DNA of 64,000 nt, taken from positions 30,245 through 94,244 of the forward strand of contig CAYOLO010000001.1 in NCBI GenBank assembly GCA_964404855.1, given 5' to 3'. Positions 58,436 through 64,000 of this stretch are shown here, in pieces (position 1 is the first letter of the stretch; every line of letters starts with the position of its first letter). Source of the stretch: an uncultured Gammaproteobacteria bacterium (GTDB lineage Bacteria; Patescibacteriota; Microgenomatia; CAYQLK01). The notes below the pieces were generated by a model, which was given only the letters and a program-made list of their open reading frames with translations, ran no database searches and had not been told where the DNA came from. A program made the translations under genes and the position numbers.

Positions 58436-58597
58436 TCAAAAGCACAAAAGAGATTTGTTAATCTCAAAACAGTCCATACACTTAAAATAGCTCTCGGCAA
58501 TAAAATGTCGGGAGTTATTTTTTTTAATTATTTTTAAAACGGGTTTTCTTCTTTTGAAGAAGCAAGGTTTTTAATTATTTTTTAAAATTACATTCTT

Positions 58598-58790
58598 TTT
58601 TCAATCTACTTTCTTGGCACTCTAGAGTTTTCTCTAAAGAGAAACAGTTGTTTTTCAATTATCTTCAAAGGCACGTTCAAAATCCCAGCGAGATTTTTCC
58701 CTTTCACTTTTTGTTCGCTCTTTTGCTTATGCAAAATCCGTGCCCGCTTACAAAAAGAGATCCACTAAAGCAAATTGGTAGACGTAAAAG
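58598..58790. repeat. modular intergenic repeat, copy R5 (modules A and B)
   Basis: TTTCAATCTACTTTCTTGG...ATCCCAGCGAGATTTTTCCCTTTCACTTTTTGTTCGCTCTTTTGCTTATGCAAAATCCGTGCCCGCTTACAAAAAGAGATCCACTAAAG. Confidence 0.7.
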
Positions 58791-58862
58791 AAAGGGAGAG
58801 GGAAAGGAGGGAATTTATTTGCTTAGGCAATAAGTCTGAAATAATGATACTATTGGCGCCTT

Positions 58863-59414
58863 ATGAGAAACTTTGATCGCGACAACAATTCTGGTGGAAG
58901 AAGAGATTTTGGCAGACGCGATTTTGGCGGAGACCGCAACCGCGAACGACCACAAATGCACGAAGCAATTTGTGACTCTTGCGGCAAAACATGCCAACTC
59001 CCCTTCAGACCAAGTGGTGACAGGCCAGTTTATTGCAGCGACTGTTTTGCCAAAAATCATGGTGCTGAACCACGAAGAAATTTTGACCGTAACGAGAGAA
59101 GAGATGATAGAGGTGGAAACAGACCTCCTTTTAGGAAGTTTGATAACGACTCAAGTGGCAAATCTTTAAGAAAACTTCAGTTCGAAGCACTTGATGCGAA
59201 ATTGGACAAAATCCTTGCCCTACTCTCGGCTAATAACACAGTTGTTACTAAGCCAGTCGTAGTTCCTGCTCCAAAGAAAAAATCCGAACCAAAAGCTAAA
59301 CCTGTTGTAGAAACAGCGCCTGAAGTGGCTGTTACAGAACCGGAAATAGTTACAACCGAGCCGGAAGTAATTACAGAAGTTGTTGAGAAAAAGAAAAGAG
59401 TAGCTAAAAAATAA
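58863..59414 (+). CDS. Zn-ribbon (CxxC...CxxC) protein with Arg/Asp/Gly-rich repeats (RRDFG) and Lys-rich C-terminus; possible nucleic-acid-binding protein
   Basis: CDSCGKTCQLPF...PVYCSDCFAKNH and repeated RRDFGRRDFGGDRNRER. Confidence 0.4.
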   Translation: MRNFDRDNNSGGRRDFGRRDFGGDRNRERPQMHEAICDSCGKTCQLPFRPSGDRPVYCSDCFAKNHGAEPRRNFDRNERRDDRGGNRPPFRKFDNDSSGKSLRKLQFEALDAKLDKILALLSANNTVVTKPVVVPAPKKKSEPKAKPVVETAPEVAVTEPEIVTTEPEVITEVVEKKKRVAKK

Positions 59415-59440
59415 TCTAGCTAACGTAAAGTGAATACAAT

Positions 59441-62400
59441 TTAAGTATTCAAAAAAACTACATCTCTGTAGTGTTCGTAAACAAAGTTATACACCTCATT
59501 GCCTTTTATCTCGCAATCTTTTTCCGTGTAAGTTGGTTCAGGAAGGTAGCTGTATAAGATATCTGATATCGTTGTTCTAACGCCAGCGCGTGCAATTTCT
59601 TTTTCTCTCCAATCAATAACAAGTTTTTCTTCTTTAAGTTTTGCTAAAAGTTCCTTTGATGTTTTCTTTACCCTGTCTCGTTCGTCTGGATTTAATTGAT
59701 CTTTTTTTAGAAGATCAAAAATTGCAAGTTCTTCTTCTGTAAGATTCTCCTTCACAGATCTTTGTTCTTCTTCGGACAACTCCTTGGCAAGTTCTACGAG
59801 ATCATCAAAGAGTTGATCAATATCATGAGCTCCACTGTTATACATATCTAAAAGTTTAGTAAAGCGCTCCATGAATCTTGCACGCATTTTATTTTTCTTT
59901 ATCATTTCAGTAATCTTTTTTTCGATCTCATCTTTGAGTGCTTCGACCTGAAGATTTTTATTCTCGAGTTTATAGAAAAAATCATGTAATGCATCTGCAT
60001 CAAGTAGGCTCAAGTCCTTTAATCTCTTGTACTGTGGAATTACATATTCTCCAGCTTGAATCGACTTGTCTAGCAATTTTTCAAGATCTCTTTTTACAGG
60101 GGAAGTATCAAAACTTTTCAAACCAATATCTCTAACTCTAGAAGCTATTACGCGAACAGCAGTCACTTCCTCGTAGTAATCTTCCGCATCAGGATCCGGA
60201 AGCACTGCCTGGTAAGCATTATAAAGATCTGAAGATAAATTTAAGAAATCCTTTTTTGTCTCACTGTTTTCGAGGAGCTTATTAGCATAGCTTTCTATAA
60301 GAAGTAATTTTTGTTCACTTGGAGACTCTAGGAGAATAGATATTTCAATTGAAAATTTCTTTAAAAATTCTTTTGTTTGTTTCAAGATATCGTTAAGCTC
60401 AACTAATAACTCTTCTTTATCTTTTATAATTTCGTCATCATCTGTTTTTGTAGATGCATACAGAGCGAGTGCTTTTTCAACATTCTTAAACACACCGATA
60501 TAATCAACAATTATTCCGTTAGTTTTTCCTTCCGCGACTCTATTAGCCCTGGCAATTGTTTGCATAAGAGTATGGTTCTTAAGTGGTTTATCAAGATATA
60601 AAGTAGAAAGTGTGGGTACATCAAACCCCGTAAGCCACATTGCACAGACAAACGCTATTTTTAGATTACTATCGCTTTTTTTGAATTCTTCTTCAAGATC
60701 TTCTTTCTGAATCCTGCTTCTGATTTTTCTCATGTCAATATCAAACGGCTCAAGATCTGCAATTTCATTTTGTGATTGAGAGACTACAACTGCCATGTCA
60801 ACTTTTTCGAGTTTTTCAATCTCATCTTGAATTTTTCCTTGCTGATATTCATCGTCCGTTCTTGATAGATCTAATCTTAATTTATCAAGGTGTCTATCCC
60901 ATTCCTTTTTTACTTTTATATACATACGAACTGCAGTTTTTTTGTCTATTGATACAACCATTGCCTTACCGTCATAGCCTCGACCTATAAAGTGCTGAAC
61001 AATATCCCGTGCAATAGCATTTAGCCTGTCTTCACGAGTTATTAGGTGGTATGCAGTTGAAAATTCTTGCTCCACTTTTTCCTCTTCTTCATCATTCAAG
61101 TCGTAATAATCCATGATTTCAGAAAGATCTTTTTCAAGATCTGGATTTACATTCTCAAGTTTTGCAACTCTGTTTTCATAGAATAGCCGGACTGTCGCAC
61201 CATCTTTAACGGATTGACCGAAGTTATAAACTGAAACATATTCGCCAAAAGTATTTCTAGTTTTTTCCTCGCCATGGGCAAGTAGTGGAGTACCAGTAAA
61301 ACCAATAAATGAAGCGTTAGGCAATGCCTTTCTCATGTTCTGTGCATAGGTATCGTATTGGCTCCTGTGAGCCTCATCAGTCATAACTATGACGTTATCT
61401 CTATCTGATACAGATCCGGCAATATCCTGGAACTTCTGAATAGTGGTGAAGATTTGACGGTGATCTTCCGTGAGTAGTTGTTTTAAATCTTTAATTGAAT
61501 CTGCGCGAACATGTTTTTCGTAGACAGCACCAACATTTGCAAAGTTCTTGTATGCTTGACCATCGAGCTGTTCACGATCTGTAACAACAATAAATGTAAA
61601 GTTACCTGTAATTTTGCGAAAGACCTTTTGAGAAAGGTAAACCATAGCAAATGATTTACCTGAACCTTGTGTATGCCAAAATACCCCTAGCTTTCCGTCT
61701 AGTTCGCGTCTTTTTAATACTCGATCAAATGCTCGATTGACTCCGTAGAACTGAAAGTATCTTGGAACTATTTTCTTTATTTCTCCGAGTGATTCGTCAA
61801 AAAGAATAAAGTTTTCGAAAATATCAAGCATCCTGTTCTTGTCGCAAATACCAGAGATTATTGTTGGTAAATCTGTCTTTGCTGGATCATCTTCACTTGC
61901 GACCTTTTTCCATTCGTTGAAGTATTCAAATGGGGAAGTAAGAGAGCCAAACTTATTTTCAATGCCATTTGAAATAACAATTCCACAGTTGTACCAGAAG
62001 AGTTGAGGGATTGTGTCTTTGTAGTCGCGGATATTATCTCTGTATGCATCAACAAGACTTTTATGAGAAGCTTTCAACTCCAAAAGCATCAGAGGAATTC
62101 CATTGACGAACAGCACTACATCGGGTCGTCTTGTATGCATTTCTCCTACAACCCAAAATTGCGAAACGCATAAGAAATTATTATTGTCCGGGGTTTCAAA
62201 ATCAAAAAACTTTACAGTTTCAGTCTTTGTATTTCCTTCATTGGTTTTTATGTTTACGCTATATCCATCTTTCAATAATTTATATACATCCTGGTTAGCA
62301 CGAACCAGAGTATTATTTGATCTGTCGCGAGTTAACTCGTTTATTGCTTGCTCGAGTGCATCTTCAGGAATTGATGGATTAATTTTCTGGAGAGCCGGAA

Positions 62401-62566
62401 GTAGATATTTCTTAAGGATAACTTCACCCCTGTTATCACGTCCAAGGATCGCATCGTCCTCGTCTTTAAATGCATTTACATGACAATCCTCATCATTCCA
62501 GATTTGCTTGATGAGTTTTATTGCTGTCTGTTCAACTAAATTGTCTTCGTTAAATTGATTGCTCAT
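59441..62566 (-). CDS. hsdR: type I restriction enzyme R subunit (HsdR)
   Basis: N-terminal PD-(D/E)xK-like PDVVLFVNGIPLMLLELK. SF2 motifs HTQGSGKS and DEAH. 1041 aa. No hsdM or hsdS in the window. Confidence 0.85.
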   Translation of the reverse strand: MSNQFNEDNLVEQTAIKLIKQIWNDEDCHVNAFKDEDDAILGRDNRGEVILKKYLLPALQKINPSIPEDALEQAINELTRDRSNNTLVRANQDVYKLLKDGYSVNIKTNEGNTKTETVKFFDFETPDNNNFLCVSQFWVVGEMHTRRPDVVLFVNGIPLMLLELKASHKSLVDAYRDNIRDYKDTIPQLFWYNCGIVISNGIENKFGSLTSPFEYFNEWKKVASEDDPAKTDLPTIISGICDKNRMLDIFENFILFDESLGEIKKIVPRYFQFYGVNRAFDRVLKRRELDGKLGVFWHTQGSGKSFAMVYLSQKVFRKITGNFTFIVVTDREQLDGQAYKNFANVGAVYEKHVRADSIKDLKQLLTEDHRQIFTTIQKFQDIAGSVSDRDNVIVMTDEAHRSQYDTYAQNMRKALPNASFIGFTGTPLLAHGEEKTRNTFGEYVSVYNFGQSVKDGATVRLFYENRVAKLENVNPDLEKDLSEIMDYYDLNDEEEEKVEQEFSTAYHLITREDRLNAIARDIVQHFIGRGYDGKAMVVSIDKKTAVRMYIKVKKEWDRHLDKLRLDLSRTDDEYQQGKIQDEIEKLEKVDMAVVVSQSQNEIADLEPFDIDMRKIRSRIQKEDLEEEFKKSDSNLKIAFVCAMWLTGFDVPTLSTLYLDKPLKNHTLMQTIARANRVAEGKTNGIIVDYIGVFKNVEKALALYASTKTDDDEIIKDKEELLVELNDILKQTKEFLKKFSIEISILLESPSEQKLLLIESYANKLLENSETKKDFLNLSSDLYNAYQAVLPDPDAEDYYEEVTAVRVIASRVRDIGLKSFDTSPVKRDLEKLLDKSIQAGEYVIPQYKRLKDLSLLDADALHDFFYKLENKNLQVEALKDEIEKKITEMIKKNKMRARFMERFTKLLDMYNSGAHDIDQLFDDLVELAKELSEEEQRSVKENLTEEELAIFDLLKKDQLNPDERDRVKKTSKELLAKLKEEKLVIDWREKEIARAGVRTTISDILYSYLPEPTYTEKDCEIKGNEVYNFVYEHYRDVVFLNT

Positions 62567-62567
62567 T

Positions 62568-63173
62568 TTATTTCTTTCTTATTCTTTTTACCTCAATAGT
62601 TCCATGATTGTTTCTATCTCTTCCTGAATAGTAATAACCTGTTAATGTATCTTCTTTCTCATCATGTATCAGTTTTGCTGAGCCTTCGTGGATAGACATT
62701 GTTTCAGTTGCGTCATAATTCGGCTCGTTTCTGAAAAAGTAAAATAACGCAACTTTATTATCAATTTCACTTCTGCTGAAATTTTCATGGACACTTACTG
62801 ATTTTGATTCTTTGAAAGTACCGCAAATCTTTATTCTGGTCGCAGTTTGCTCAATCTCAAGTTCAGTTTTTATGTCACTCTTAAAATTGTCGTAAGAGGA
62901 TTTTGCAACACCTTCCCAATTACCATTTAGATCATCAGCAATTACAATTCCTATTTTCTTGAAAAAAGATAGTTTCCAAAGATGATTATTAAAAATCCAA
63001 AAAAATATTGAATACACCCCTATGGTGGAAATTGGTAAATCTACATAAAAAGGAATAATTATCTGATTGTGTTTGAGAAATAGAGTGATTGTATAGGATA
63101 TAGCAACACTTATTCCTATAAGTGCCAAAATAAAATATGTAAACTGTCTGTAATTATCGTTGTTTATATTCAT
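62568..63173 (-). CDS. 2-TM membrane effector-like protein (Cap15-like architecture: N-terminal TM pair plus about 130-aa C-terminal soluble domain)
   Basis: TM helices YFILALIGISVAISYTITLFL and ISTIGVYSIFFWIF. 1-nt spacer to the hsdR start and ATGA overlap with the upstream NTase. Confidence 0.4.
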   Translation of the reverse strand: MNINNDNYRQFTYFILALIGISVAISYTITLFLKHNQIIIPFYVDLPISTIGVYSIFFWIFNNHLWKLSFFKKIGIVIADDLNGNWEGVAKSSYDNFKSDIKTELEIEQTATRIKICGTFKESKSVSVHENFSRSEIDNKVALFYFFRNEPNYDATETMSIHEGSAKLIHDEKEDTLTGYYYSGRDRNNHGTIEVKRIRKK

Positions 63174-64000
63174 ATTTTTATTTTCCCAAGATAATAATCT
63201 GCTATTTTGGCCACGTAAACGATCAGATTAGTGCTATTCCATGTATTAGAACTGATCAAAGTATCTTGCTCATTTGCACAAATAAAACCACCTATCCTGC
63301 TTGTCTGAATTGCATCGAAAATAAATTGCAGAGTTTTAAGCATACAATCACCATAATTCCCATCAAAGCATGGACTAGAACAGTTATAAAGTAGATTTTC
63401 AATGAAGTAAGATGGAGCAACATCTTCCTCAAGATCTCCATTCTCGACTAGATTGTTACGCATATTCTTGAAAATCCTAATCATATCTTTGAATTTTCCA
63501 TCCGTGTCAATGTTTTTAGATTCACAATTTTTGAGATGTACCTTGGGGAAATTGATAATTTCTTGACCATTAGATGTGTCGTACAGTTTCATCCCCTCAA
63601 CAAAACTTTGATTATCGTGCGATATAAATCTTTTATATAGCTTGTACTGGATACAAGGAACAACGTCTGCATCTTTTCTGTATGTATTTTCATCAACATT
63701 AATGCACTTATCACCCCAATGTACTTCCCCTGAACCTAGTTCATCGGTAAGCGCCTTAAAAACAGCATCTTTAAAGTGCCTAAAACGATAAGAACTGCTA
63801 CTGTAGGAGATCTCGTGCAGAAGTTTCTCGCCTTCTGTTAATTGAGATTTGTCGGAATAAAAAACAGCATTTAGTTGAACTGCAATATCAACATCGCTAT
63901 CAAATCTTACATTTGTGCTATTTGCATAAGATCCTTGCAGGTAGACCTCATAGCCAAAACTCGAAAGATTATATTCCCTTTTTATTTCAATGACAGGTAG
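63170..64000 (-). CDS. CD-NTase/SMODS-like nucleotidyltransferase (CBASS cyclase-like), 5'-partial (runs off window)
   Basis: pol-beta NTase signature QGSYANSTNVRFDSDVDIAV (GS...T...SDVD) plus a downstream acidic KDADVV. The frame is open to the window edge beyond the Met at 63592. Confidence 0.45.
   Translation of the reverse strand, partial: LPVIEIKREYNLSSFGYEVYLQGSYANSTNVRFDSDVDIAVQLNAVFYSDKSQLTEGEKLLHEISYSSSSYRFRHFKDAVFKALTDELGSGEVHWGDKCINVDENTYRKDADVVPCIQYKLYKRFISHDNQSFVEGMKLYDTSNGQEIINFPKVHLKNCESKNIDTDGKFKDMIRIFKNMRNNLVENGDLEEDVAPSYFIENLLYNCSSPCFDGNYGDCMLKTLQFIFDAIQTSRIGGFICANEQDTLISSNTWNSTNLIVYVAKIADYYLGKIKI

Noticed and set aside
1-64000. Alternative genetic code (UGA recoding, as in some CPR lineages)
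   Set aside because: TGA terminates well-defined genes at natural C-termini (for example the histidine kinase at 57838-57840 and the GC-rich ORF at 30760-30762). Long ORFs are not interrupted by in-frame TGA.
1-64000. CRISPR arrays, rRNA and tRNA genes
   Set aside because: No short regularly spaced direct repeats, no rRNA-like conserved blocks and no convincing T-loop/acceptor pattern were found by eye. The only CCA-adjacent hairpin (about 47420-47440, minus) lacks a tRNA cloverleaf.

Overview
The window is 64 kb of low-GC DNA (about 33% GC), standard genetic code (TAA, TAG and TGA all used as stops), tightly packed, with many secreted or membrane-anchored proteins. This is consistent with a small-genome CPR/Patescibacteria-like bacterium, but that is an inference. 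A recognisable housekeeping backbone is present: nusA, infB, rpsO and pnp at 36.3-43.2 kb with no rbfA or truB, FtsK, RNase J, a RodZ-like protein, family-4 UDG, a Lon-type AAA+ ATPase, TrhO and MscL. Embedded in this backbone are several accessory features. (1) A large tandem expansion of at least 11 paralogous Cys/His-rich secreted proteins with four invariant motifs (1.5-12.5 kb, 17.4-18.6 kb and 26.2-28.6 kb, one copy frameshifted). They are intermixed with a cupredoxin-like domain that is both free-standing and fused to one paralog. (2) Three paralogs at 14.7-17.5 kb with HH, H, HxH and Met signatures reminiscent of type-II copper monooxygenases of the PHM/DBH family. (3) At the 3' end, a translationally coupled minus-strand operon of a CD-NTase/SMODS-like nucleotidyltransferase (5'-partial), a 2-TM effector-like protein and an orphan type I restriction HsdR. 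This looks like a CBASS-like module nested in an hsd locus. (4) Four compositionally foreign GC-rich cassettes (1-1085, 30.4-31.1 kb, 47.33-47.56 kb and 49.1-50.4 kb), each closed by its own GC-rich intrinsic terminator. One carries a small Cys-containing ORF plus a candidate structured RNA, another a cupin gene. (5) A modular intergenic repeat family with at least five copies between 46.8 and 58.8 kb. (6) Tandem arylsulfotransferase-like paralogs, a PAP2/vanadium-haloperoxidase-like protein, an OmpR/HK two-component system, a large trypsin-domain membrane protein and a run of Pro/Gln-rich membrane-anchored paralogs. No CRISPR array, rRNA or convincing tRNA was found by eye.
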